Source: Chloroflexota bacterium
GTDB lineage: Bacteria > Chloroflexota > Limnocylindria > Limnocylindrales > CSP1-4
Direction: 5' to 3'
DNA: 54,857 bases
NCBI GenBank assembly: GCA_025935415.1
Contig: JAICVI010000001.1
Location: 1-54,857, forward strand
The translations under genes were made by a program, and so were the position numbers. Position 1 is the first letter of the stretch; every line of letters begins with the position of its first letter. The notes beneath the pieces are model-generated. The model had not been told where the DNA came from, searched no databases, and saw only the letters and a list, made by a program, of their open reading frames with translations. Below, piece by piece: positions 45,587 to 53,035 of the stretch.

Positions 45587-45808
45587 GTGAGTGACCTGAA
45601 CAAGACCGTCCGCGACACCGAGGCGGACGTGAAGGAGACCTGGCGCAAGGCCGACGGCGACGAGTCGCTGGGCGACAAGGTCGCCAATGCGGGCGATCGC
45701 CTCGGCAACGCGGTCAAGGACGCGGGTGACGACCTTCATGAGGGGGCCGACAAGATGTCCCGCGACGCCGCGTACGAGCAGGGCCGCGCGGACGAGGCCA
45801 GCCGGTAG
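45587..45808 (+). CDS. CsbD-like small stress protein (73 aa)
   Basis: The RBS GGAGGA precedes the GTG at 45587. The product is SDLNKTVRDTEADVKETWRKADGDESLGDKVANAGDRLGNAVKDAGDDLHEGADKM, a CsbD-type charged helical repeat. Confidence 0.6.
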   Translation: MSDLNKTVRDTEADVKETWRKADGDESLGDKVANAGDRLGNAVKDAGDDLHEGADKMSRDAAYEQGRADEASR

Positions 45809-45826
45809 CAGCTCGCAGCCCCACCG

Positions 45827-45857
45827 GCCGCCGCGGGCATGCCGCCCGCGGCGGCCT
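45827..45857 (+). terminator. Hairpin terminator after the CsbD-like gene
   Basis: GGCCGCCGCGGGC-ATGCC-GCCCGCGGCGGCC is a perfect 13-bp stem, followed by UCUUCAU. It lies between convergent genes. Confidence 0.55.
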
Positions 45858-45905
45858 CTTCATGCCTGGCGATCAAAGGCGCAACGAAGCGCGCGCTCGG
45901 CAGCA

Positions 45906-46526
45906 TCAGACCCGCCGCAGCGCTGCCCTGGAGCCACCCGGGGCGAGCGCCACACGACGGCCATCGCGGGGCTGGGGCGCAGGCGCCGTGGGGCTGGCGG
46001 CGCGGGCAGGCAAACGGCGCCGGTTGCGCCGGGCGAGCCCGGAGGCGACGTCGGTCAAGCTTTCGACGGCGGGCGCGTCGCGCTCCTCGCCACCGCACCA
46101 CGGACACACGTCGAGGCTCGCATCGGACCACCCGCCGCAGTCGCTGCAGGGCGCGGCGAGCCAGCTCGTGCAGCTCGGGCAGCGAAGCCATGCGACATCG
46201 ACCGGCTGGGCGCACGTCGCGCAGGCCGGTCGCGCCGGGGTCATCGAGAGCTCCTGCGCCAGCGATCGCGTCCGGCGATCCGCGGCGGTCACCTGCGGTC
46301 GCGCGAAGGCATACACGGCGAGGGACAGCGGCAGGAGCAGCGGGGTCGAGAGGATGATCCAGCCGGCCGCCACGAATCCGGCGAGGGACGACTCCGCGCG
46401 CCGCGCGGCATCGGCATAGGCCCACCATGCGCCGGCGAGCCAGAGCGCGACCGCGGCCATCGCAACGGCGGTCCCGAAGGCGCCGACGGCCGGGTCCGAG
46501 AGGGTCTGGGCGATGAGATCGGGCAT
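45906..46526 (-). CDS. Membrane protein with a double zinc-ribbon domain
   Basis: Two N-terminal TM helices are present (AVGAFGTAVAMAAVALWLAGAWWAY and GFVAAGWIILSTPLLLPLSLAVYAF). They are followed by CATCAQPVDVAWLRCPSCTSWLAAPCSDCGGWSDASLDVCPWCG. Confidence 0.65.
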   Translation of the reverse strand: MPDLIAQTLSDPAVGAFGTAVAMAAVALWLAGAWWAYADAARRAESSLAGFVAAGWIILSTPLLLPLSLAVYAFARPQVTAADRRTRSLAQELSMTPARPACATCAQPVDVAWLRCPSCTSWLAAPCSDCGGWSDASLDVCPWCGGEERDAPAVESLTDVASGLARRNRRRLPARAASPTAPAPQPRDGRRVALAPGGSRAALRRV

Positions 46527-46572
46527 CGGTTGTCAGTCTGCGGACGGGAGGTCACCGGGACGCGTGCCGCGA

Positions 46573-46589
46573 CTTGCAGCGGCTTGCAG
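46573..46589. repeat. Tandem direct repeat CTTGCAG-CGG-CTTGCAG (10-nt phasing)
   Basis: It lies in the divergent intergenic region 46527-46771. A related CTGCAAC lies about 90 nt downstream. Confidence 0.6.
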
Positions 46590-46771
46590 TTAGATGTCGC
46601 AGCAGCGCGGTGGTGCCTGCGCGCGACCCTCGCGGCGGCGTCCCCGGTGGTCAACAGCAGCCGGCCGCGAGGCGACTGCAACGCGCGCCGGACGGCCGCC
46701 CATCTTCCCGCGACCGACGGGCCCTCATGGTTGGTCGCCGACCGAATGACGACCTTCCGAGGAGCCTGACG

Positions 46772-46993
46772 ATGCAGCCTGCCCAGGAAACCCGACCCAT
46801 CCAGAGCCCCGTCGACGACGCGACCTACGATTTGCTGCAGGCATTGACATCCAAGCTCGAAGCGATCGAGGCCTACGAGATGTACGCCGAGGACGAGGGA
46901 GTGCGCGAGCTCTTCGAGCGTCTCGGTCGCGACGAGGTCGAGCACGCCGAGGCGCTGCTGGAGGCACTGCGCGGGCGGCTGGCGCGGGGCTGA
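46772..46993 (+). CDS. Hypothetical small helical protein (73 aa)
   Basis: The RBS is GAGGAG. The product is MQPAQETRPIQSPVDDATYDLLQALTSKLEAIEAYEMYAEDEGVRELFERLGRDEVEHAEALLEALRGRL, with a ferritin-like / four-helix-bundle flavour. The family was not verified. Confidence 0.55.
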   Translation: MQPAQETRPIQSPVDDATYDLLQALTSKLEAIEAYEMYAEDEGVRELFERLGRDEVEHAEALLEALRGRLARG

Positions 46994-47011
46994 GCCCCGG
47001 CGGGCGCCTGC

Positions 47012-48148
47012 TCAGGGGTCGCGGCGCGGCCGACGGTCGCGCCGCAGTACCGCGGTCAGGATGATGTCGAGGGCGCTCAAGGCGGCGAGCGCGATTCCCA
47101 CGACCGAGCCGAGGCTCAGGCCGCGGCCCGGCGGCGGGTCCGGACGCGGCCGCTCCGGCTCCGCGCCCGACCGCACGTCTGCCTCGGGCGGCACGGCCAG
47201 CTGGAGGCGCCGCCGATACAGCACCTCGAACGTCTCCTGGTCGACCTCGAGGTCGAGCAGCCGGGAATCGAGCGCCGGCAGGCTCGCGGCCCGCGCTGCG
47301 GCGTCGGCCGTCTCGAGCGCCGCGAGCTTGTCCTCCAGCTGCTGGGCCTCCTTGGTGGTCGTGAACCAGGCATCCCGAGAAGGCACGTCCCGGGCGATCA
47401 GGGCGCGGGCTTTCGGCACGGCGTCCTTCGAGCCCGTGATCGCGAGGTCGGCCGGGTAGACCGACACCTTGACGTCCGGGCCGACGAGCACGACGAGGCG
47501 ATCCGGGACGAGCCGCCCGATGCCCCCGCCACCGACCTTCGCAAGGGCCTTCGCCGGTGTGGTGAGGACACTCGGACCGGCGCTCCGAGCAGTCACGAGA
47601 CCGCCACCACGGAGCGTGTCCTCCAGCGTGTCCACGAGCGAGTCGTAGCGGCCGGGTCGCACGACGAGCGGGACGTGCGCGTCCTGGCGACGATGGAGCA
47701 GCGAATCGAGCTTGCCAAGCGTGCCCACGAGAGCGAGCACCACCAGGGTGACCGCGAGTGTCGGGACGAGGGCATAGCCCATGGCGATCTGGCGCAGGAG
47801 CGCGGTGCCGCGCGGGCGATCCTCGGGATCCTGCAGCAGCAGGGTCACGCCACCGATCAACGCGGGCAGCGCGATTGCGCCGGCGAGCATCGCCAATCGC
47901 ACCAGCTCCTGGGGCACCCAGTCCGGGATCGGGAGGGCAGCGAGGAGGAACGAGCCGGCATCCGGCACGAGCACGCCGACCGCGAGCGCGACCCAGGCCA
48001 GCGAGCCGAAGGTCAGCACGGCGAGCCAGATCTGGCGGTCCTGCGGGATGCGCCCGAACAGCATGACCGACGCCCAACCGAGCGTGGTCGTCAGGACGCG
48101 CCCGACGAACCGGCCGACCAGTGCGAAGAGCGACGCGATCAGGGCCAC
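47012..48148 (-). CDS. Hypothetical polytopic membrane protein with a cytoplasmic domain and a C-terminal TM
   Basis: I chose the GTG at 48148, which has GAGGGA 4 nt upstream and lies 7 nt after the upstream stop. Several TM helices are present (VALIASLFALVGRFVG..., IWLAVLTFGSLAWVALAVGVL...). A soluble region follows, then the terminal TM helix SVVGIALAALSALDIILTAVL. Confidence 0.6.
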   Translation of the reverse strand: MALIASLFALVGRFVGRVLTTTLGWASVMLFGRIPQDRQIWLAVLTFGSLAWVALAVGVLVPDAGSFLLAALPIPDWVPQELVRLAMLAGAIALPALIGGVTLLLQDPEDRPRGTALLRQIAMGYALVPTLAVTLVVLALVGTLGKLDSLLHRRQDAHVPLVVRPGRYDSLVDTLEDTLRGGGLVTARSAGPSVLTTPAKALAKVGGGGIGRLVPDRLVVLVGPDVKVSVYPADLAITGSKDAVPKARALIARDVPSRDAWFTTTKEAQQLEDKLAALETADAAARAASLPALDSRLLDLEVDQETFEVLYRRRLQLAVPPEADVRSGAEPERPRPDPPPGRGLSLGSVVGIALAALSALDIILTAVLRRDRRPRRDP

Positions 48149-48155
48149 GGGTCCC

Positions 48156-48401
48156 TCACGACTCGGTCGCCGGGGTGCCCCGCGCGGCGTCTCCGGCACC
48201 AGCCGGGCCGGCTGGCTGCGCGAGGCCCTGGTCATCCCGTCGGGATGCCTCGAGCTGCTCGACCGCCTCGACGATGTGCTGGGCGGACTCGCGCAGCGAT
48301 TGGTCGTTCGCCTCGCTCGCCCGGCGGAGGTCGTCCGCGGTGATGTTCGCCGAGTTGCCGTGGTCCTCGTTCGGCTTGCCGCAGCCGCAGTTCAGGCACA
48401 T
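48156..48401 (-). CDS. Small Cys-rich protein (81 aa), N-terminal MCLNCGCG motif
   Basis: The product is MCLNCGCGKPNEDHGNSANITADDLRRASEANDQSLRESAQHIVEAVEQLE.... It is on the same strand as TopIB upstream and the membrane protein downstream. Confidence 0.55.
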   Translation of the reverse strand: MCLNCGCGKPNEDHGNSANITADDLRRASEANDQSLRESAQHIVEAVEQLEASRRDDQGLAQPAGPAGAGDAARGTPATES

Positions 48402-48464
48402 GGCGGGCTCCCTTCGTGCATCGCCGGTCGCGGCCGATCACGCGATCGCGCCGGCGGCGCCAAC

Positions 48465-49652
48465 CTAGGCCCTGTGACGCCTCGGCTGCCGCCGCGTCGA
48501 CCCTCCCGCGGCTATCGACGACCTTGCAGGCGCCGAGCGCCGTGAGGCCGAGCGGAGCAGCGAGAGGACTGCCAGCTCGTCGCGTCGCGTGGCGACGACC
48601 GCGGTCGTGCGGCGGGCAGGCCGTGCAAGCGCGCGATCCGCGGGCGGCTCCAGCACCGCCGGGTGGACGTAGCTGTTCCTGGTGACGGTCACGGTGTCGC
48701 CGATGGCCTCGGCCGTGCGCTCGAGCGCCTCGGTGACGATCCGCGTCGGGAGCCCGCGCGCCGCCACGCCCTCGAGGTCGCCGCCGTTCAGGGCTTCGCG
48801 GAGGGCCCGGTGGGCCAGCACGGTCGCCGTCCACGTCCGGAAGTCCTTCGCGCTCAGCTCCTCCGAGCCTGCCGCCTCGCGGATGTAGGCATTCACGTCC
48901 TCCGACGAGATCGGCCGCGGCTCGCCGTCCTCGCCCGGGTACTGGAAAAGCTCCTGACCGGGAAGGTCCTGGCAGCGCCGCACCACCGCGGCGAGCTGCC
49001 GGTCGACCAGGGCCCGCTCCTCGACGCGACCACCCTTGCCTCGGAAGCGGAACCGGATGGTCGACCCGCGCACCTTCGCGTGTCGGTCGCGCAGCGTCGA
49101 GATCCCGAACGATCGGTTGAGGCGGGCGTACTCCTCGTTGCCGACCCGGAAGCGCGTCGTCTCGAGCAGGGCAACAACGGCGGCAAGGACCTTGTCGCGG
49201 GAGAGGCCGGGCCGCGCGAGGTCGGCGCGAACCCGACGACGGATCCTCGGGAGCAGCTCGCCGAAGCGAACGAGGCGCGCGAACTTGCCGCGGTCGCGGC
49301 GGGCACGAAAACGCGGGTGGTAGCGGTACTGGCGACGGCCGCGCGCGTCGCGTCCGGTGGCCTGGAGGTGGCCGTCGGGGTCGCTGCAGATCCAGACGTC
49401 GGTCCAGGCCGGCGGGATCGCGAGCGTGCGGATCCGGGACAGGGTCGCGGGATCGCGGACAGGCCGTCCGCCAGGGTGCCGGTAGGCGAAACCCTTGCCG
49501 GCCTTCCGGCGCTCGATGCCGGGATCGTCCGCGCGGACGTAGCGCAGCCCGGTCGCCCGCGCGTCTCGGCGCGCTTCCGCCACGGGCGCGGGGCTCGTCG
49601 GGCCGGGCGACCCTGCCGGGATCGTGATCGACGTGCCCGGCGACCCGCTCAC
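48465..49652 (-). CDS. DNA topoisomerase IB (bacterial/poxvirus type)
   Basis: Matches are GLRYVRADDPGIERRKAGKGFAY, LAIPPAWTDVWIC, GRDARGRRQYRYHP, and the catalytic-Tyr region NSYVHPAVLE. The GTG start lies 7 nt after the GT4 stop. Confidence 0.85.
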   Translation of the reverse strand: MSGSPGTSITIPAGSPGPTSPAPVAEARRDARATGLRYVRADDPGIERRKAGKGFAYRHPGGRPVRDPATLSRIRTLAIPPAWTDVWICSDPDGHLQATGRDARGRRQYRYHPRFRARRDRGKFARLVRFGELLPRIRRRVRADLARPGLSRDKVLAAVVALLETTRFRVGNEEYARLNRSFGISTLRDRHAKVRGSTIRFRFRGKGGRVEERALVDRQLAAVVRRCQDLPGQELFQYPGEDGEPRPISSEDVNAYIREAAGSEELSAKDFRTWTATVLAHRALREALNGGDLEGVAARGLPTRIVTEALERTAEAIGDTVTVTRNSYVHPAVLEPPADRALARPARRTTAVVATRRDELAVLSLLRSASRRSAPARSSIAAGGSTRRQPRRHRA

Positions 49653-49659
49653 GCGGCGA

Positions 49660-50772
49660 TCACCCAGCCGCGACGCGCTCGTCCGTGAGGTGGGCGCGCA
49701 GCGCCTCCTTCGCGGCCGGCCCGGTACCCACCATCCGGGCGTACAGCTCCTCGTAGCGATCGGTCATCCGGGCCGCCGAGAAGCGCTCGACGACGCGCTC
49801 GCGGATCGCCTGGCGGTCCAGGCGCCCGAGGCGGTCGGCGTAGAAGGCCATGGCCGCGACGTCATCGCCGAAGAAGCCATCGACGCCCTCCCGGATGATC
49901 TCGGGGAGCGCCCCGACCCGGCGCGCGAGCACCGGCGTGCCGGTCGCGAGCGACTCGATGCTCACCAGCCCGAATGGCTCCGGCCACGCGCCCGGCATGA
50001 GCGTCCCGTAGCTCTCTGCGAAGAGCTGGTCGCGCTCGCCCGGCTCGAGCTCTCCGAGGTACTCGATCGATCGGCCGGCCTTCTGCAGCGCCGGCTTGAA
50101 GACGTCCTCGTAATACGCGCGTTGCTTGGCGATGTTCCCGACCTTGGCGGCGATCCGGAGGGGGCGCCCCGCGCGCTGCGCGATCTCGATCGCCTCGATG
50201 ATGCCCTTCTCCGGATCAACCCTCCCGACGAAGCAGAAGGCGTCACCCGGCTTGTCGGCGAACGGGGCGCGGTCGAGCGTCAGGCCGTTGTGGATGATCG
50301 TCCAGGGCACCTCCGGGTGCGTGCTCGCCTGGTGCCGGCTGATGGCGACCATGCCCTCCGGGGCGTCCGCGAAGAGCTTGTCGGCGAACGGCAGGTCGAG
50401 GCGGCCGTGGAACGTGGCGACGACCGGAACCGTGGACATCTTCGCGAGCGGGACGGACCACCACTCCAGGTGCGAGTGGATGACGTCGAAGTCGGCGGCC
50501 CGCTCCGCGACCATGTTCACGGTCGTCGCGAACCAGCCCCCGGAGTCAGCCTCGATGCCGGCGGGCCGGAGCGCCTTCTCGACGGTCGGGATGAGCCGGC
50601 AGGGGACGTCGGAGTCGCCGCTCGCGAAGACCGTGACGTCGTGACCGCGACGAACGAGCTCCGACGTGAGCTCATGGACGACCCGCTCCGTCCCCCCGTA
50701 CGCGATCGGCGGGACGCGCTCGATCGGGGGTGCGACCTGGGCGATGCGCAGCTGGCGCGGCGCGGCGCTCAT
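49660..50772 (-). CDS. GT4-family glycosyltransferase
   Basis: The ATG at 50772 gives MSAAPRQLRIAQVAPPIERVPPIAYGGTERVVHELTSELVRRGHDVTVF. The E-x7-E region is EPFGLVSIESLATGTPVL. Confidence 0.85.
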   Translation of the reverse strand: MSAAPRQLRIAQVAPPIERVPPIAYGGTERVVHELTSELVRRGHDVTVFASGDSDVPCRLIPTVEKALRPAGIEADSGGWFATTVNMVAERAADFDVIHSHLEWWSVPLAKMSTVPVVATFHGRLDLPFADKLFADAPEGMVAISRHQASTHPEVPWTIIHNGLTLDRAPFADKPGDAFCFVGRVDPEKGIIEAIEIAQRAGRPLRIAAKVGNIAKQRAYYEDVFKPALQKAGRSIEYLGELEPGERDQLFAESYGTLMPGAWPEPFGLVSIESLATGTPVLARRVGALPEIIREGVDGFFGDDVAAMAFYADRLGRLDRQAIRERVVERFSAARMTDRYEELYARMVGTGPAAKEALRAHLTDERVAAG

Positions 50773-51014
50773 CGCGTGCCGTGGCCGGCGGCGGCGCGCG
50801 CGCGAGCTGCGACCCGTCGTGCGAAGAGCGGTGGTCTGCGCCCGGACGGGCACGACGCGCTGGCGGCGCGCATGAGATCGATCAAGGAACAGCCCTCCTG
50901 GAAGCCGGCTCCGGGCGCGGACGCCGCTTCGCCACGACCACCCTACGCCGAACCGCGTCGCGGGCTCACTGGCGCTTCGGGCACCTTCCTCGCACCGGCA
51001 TATCGAGCCACGCG

Positions 51015-51043
51015 TTGTAATGCCGCCGTAACGGTTCTGCAAT
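51015..51043 (+). repeat. Three 11-nt phased units TGTAATG / CGTAACG / TGCAATG upstream of the response-regulator gene
   Basis: The units start at 51015, 51026 and 51037. Further CAATCG units follow at 51069 and 51079 with 10-nt spacing. The array lies 90-150 nt upstream of the ATG at 51168. Confidence 0.5.
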
Positions 51044-51167
51044 GTCGGCCCGGAACGCCCGGCACGGGGCAATCGTGACAATCGCAGAAGTCAGGGGCGC
51101 CGGTGACGATCGAATCCCTTGCCACTTCGATACAGAACCCCAGGACATCCCGTCAGGGAGGACATTG

Positions 51168-51932
51168 ATGTCGACTCAGCCACTCGTGCTCGTCGCGGAT
51201 GACGAGCCCCGGATCACGAAGCTCGTGGCGATCGCGCTGTCGGAAGAGGGCTTCCGCGTCGTGACCGCCAACGGCGGGGAGCAGGCCCTGCAGAAGGCCG
51301 AAGAGGTGCGGCCGGACATCGTCCTGCTCGACATCGTGATGCCCGACCTCGATGGCATCGAGGTCATGCGCCAGCTGCGCGAGCGCCGGCCCGTGCCGGT
51401 GATCCTGCTGACCGCGAAGGGCTCGACCGCCGACAAGGCCAAGGGCCTCGACCTCGGCGCCGACGACTACATCGCCAAGCCGTTCCACCCGGACGAGCTG
51501 GCGGCGCGCGTGCGTGCCGTCATCCGACGATCGGGCGGGGCCGAGCCGGGCGCGGGCGTGATCAAGTTCGACGATGTCGAGATCGACCTCGAGCGGCGCA
51601 TGGTCACCCGAGGCGGCGAGCTGGTCCAGCTCTCGCGCACCGAGTGGCTGCTCCTCCAGCACCTGGCCGCGAACGCCGGCAAGGTCGTCCTCCACACCGA
51701 GCTCCTGACCAAGGTCTGGGGCCCGGAGTACCGCGACGACCTCCAGTACCTGCGCGTCTGGGTGTCGCGCGTCCGCCGCAAGCTCGGCGCCGCGCCGGGC
51801 GAGCCCGGCCGCATCCGGACCTTCCAGGGCATCGGCTACCTGCTCGACGTTGACGGCGCCACCACCAGCGCGCCCGCCGACGATGCCGCCTCGCACATCG
51901 GCGAGGCCCAGGAGGCCGCGCTCATCGGCTGA
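51168..51932 (+). CDS. OmpR/PhoB-family response regulator (KdpE-like), with no adjacent histidine kinase
   Basis: The receiver domain has LVADDE, the acceptor Asp in LLDIVMPDLDG, and KPF. The winged helix reads LSRTEWLLLQHLAANAGKVVLHTELLTKVWGPEYRDDLQYLRVWVSRVRRKL...GIGYLL. The RBS is GGGAGGA. Confidence 0.88.
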   Translation: MSTQPLVLVADDEPRITKLVAIALSEEGFRVVTANGGEQALQKAEEVRPDIVLLDIVMPDLDGIEVMRQLRERRPVPVILLTAKGSTADKAKGLDLGADDYIAKPFHPDELAARVRAVIRRSGGAEPGAGVIKFDDVEIDLERRMVTRGGELVQLSRTEWLLLQHLAANAGKVVLHTELLTKVWGPEYRDDLQYLRVWVSRVRRKLGAAPGEPGRIRTFQGIGYLLDVDGATTSAPADDAASHIGEAQEAALIG

Positions 51933-51982
51933 TCACCCTGGCGAAGGCTGCACCTTCGCCGTCGCGTTCCTGCGCGAACGCC

Positions 51983-52020
51983 AACGCCGCCGGGTTGGAC
52001 CCCCCGGCGGCGTTTTTTCT
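51983..52020 (+). terminator. Canonical intrinsic terminator after the response-regulator gene
   Basis: AACGCCGCCGGG-TTGGACCC-CCCGGCGGCGTT is a 12-bp stem, followed by a run of six T (52013-52018). An A-rich stretch on the other side could also serve the convergent LLM gene. Confidence 0.8.
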
Positions 52021-52032
52021 GTGCGCGCCGAT

Positions 52033-53034
52033 CTAAGCCCGGGTGGCTGCTCCGGCACGGATCAGCCCGGCAGCCTCCGCGACCATGGCCATCTGCTCGT
52101 GAAGCGACGAGACGTCGTGGGCGATGAACTTGAGCTCCACGTGCCTTGCGCCGGCGGCGCGGTATGCGGCGAGGCGCGAGAGGAACGTCTCGGGATCGCC
52201 GACGATGCAGACGTCGAGCCCGGCTTCGAGCGACTCGAACTTGTGCTCGAGCGACTTGCGCGCGATGGCGAGCGCCGCGTCGTTGCTTGGCGCCGCGGTC
52301 ACGTACGTCTCGTAGCCCTTGTCGATGCTCGCGGGATCCCGCCCGAGCTCTTCCGCGTATCCGTCGAGCTCGCCGGCGAACCTGCCGTAGGTCTCGACGT
52401 TCTGATAGACGGTCATCCAGCCATCGGCATGGCGGGCCGCCCGGCGCAGGCCCGGCTCGCTCGAGCCCGTCGCCCAGAGCCTGAGCGCGGTCGGCTGCGG
52501 CAGGAATGTGCCGTTCGCGAACGAGAGGACCTCGCCCTCGAACGACACCGGCTGGGGATCGCGCAGGATCGCGGCCATGGCGGCGAGGTAGTCGTTGGAG
52601 ATCTTGCCGCGGCGCTCGAACGGGACGCCCATCACCTCGAAGTCGCCGCGCACGGCACCGATGGCGAGGGCCACCACGAGGCGCCCGCCGCCGAGCTGAT
52701 CGATCGTCGCGAGCTGCTTGGCGAGGACCCTCGGGTCCCGAAGGGGCAGGACGAGCCCGGCGATGCCGATTCCGATCCGCTGGACCCTGCCCGCGAGCAG
52801 GCCGGCGGCGCTGACACTCTCGAAGAAGTTCGGATCCTGGTCGGCGCATGCCTCGATCGAGCCCGTCGCGAAATGGGTGAGCTTGTCCCGCGGCCAGGAC
52901 ACGTGATCGTGGACCCAGACGCGGTCGTAGCCCAGCTGCTCCGCGAGCTCTGCCGTCGCGAGCAGGTTCGCCGGGGTCGCAAATGGCCCGGAGTTCGGTA
53001 GCCGGACTCCCAGCGTGGGCAGCTCGGCGCGCAT
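52033..53034 (-). CDS. Luciferase-like monooxygenase (LLM) class, probable F420-dependent oxidoreductase
   Basis: The ATG at 53034 gives MRAELPTLGVRLPNSGPFATPANLLATAELAEQLGYDRVWVHDHVSW. The rest has a TIM-barrel LLM pattern. Confidence 0.75.
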   Translation of the reverse strand: MRAELPTLGVRLPNSGPFATPANLLATAELAEQLGYDRVWVHDHVSWPRDKLTHFATGSIEACADQDPNFFESVSAAGLLAGRVQRIGIGIAGLVLPLRDPRVLAKQLATIDQLGGGRLVVALAIGAVRGDFEVMGVPFERRGKISNDYLAAMAAILRDPQPVSFEGEVLSFANGTFLPQPTALRLWATGSSEPGLRRAARHADGWMTVYQNVETYGRFAGELDGYAEELGRDPASIDKGYETYVTAAPSNDAALAIARKSLEHKFESLEAGLDVCIVGDPETFLSRLAAYRAAGARHVELKFIAHDVSSLHEQMAMVAEAAGLIRAGAATRA

Positions 53035-53035
53035 C

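Noticed and set aside
51108-51120. TCGAATCCC, identical to the T-arm of the tRNA-Gly, as a possible att duplicate delimiting a 23-kb island.
   Set aside because: The identity is only 9 nt and does not extend into the acceptor stem. That is too short, and the intervening genes include clear housekeeping functions.
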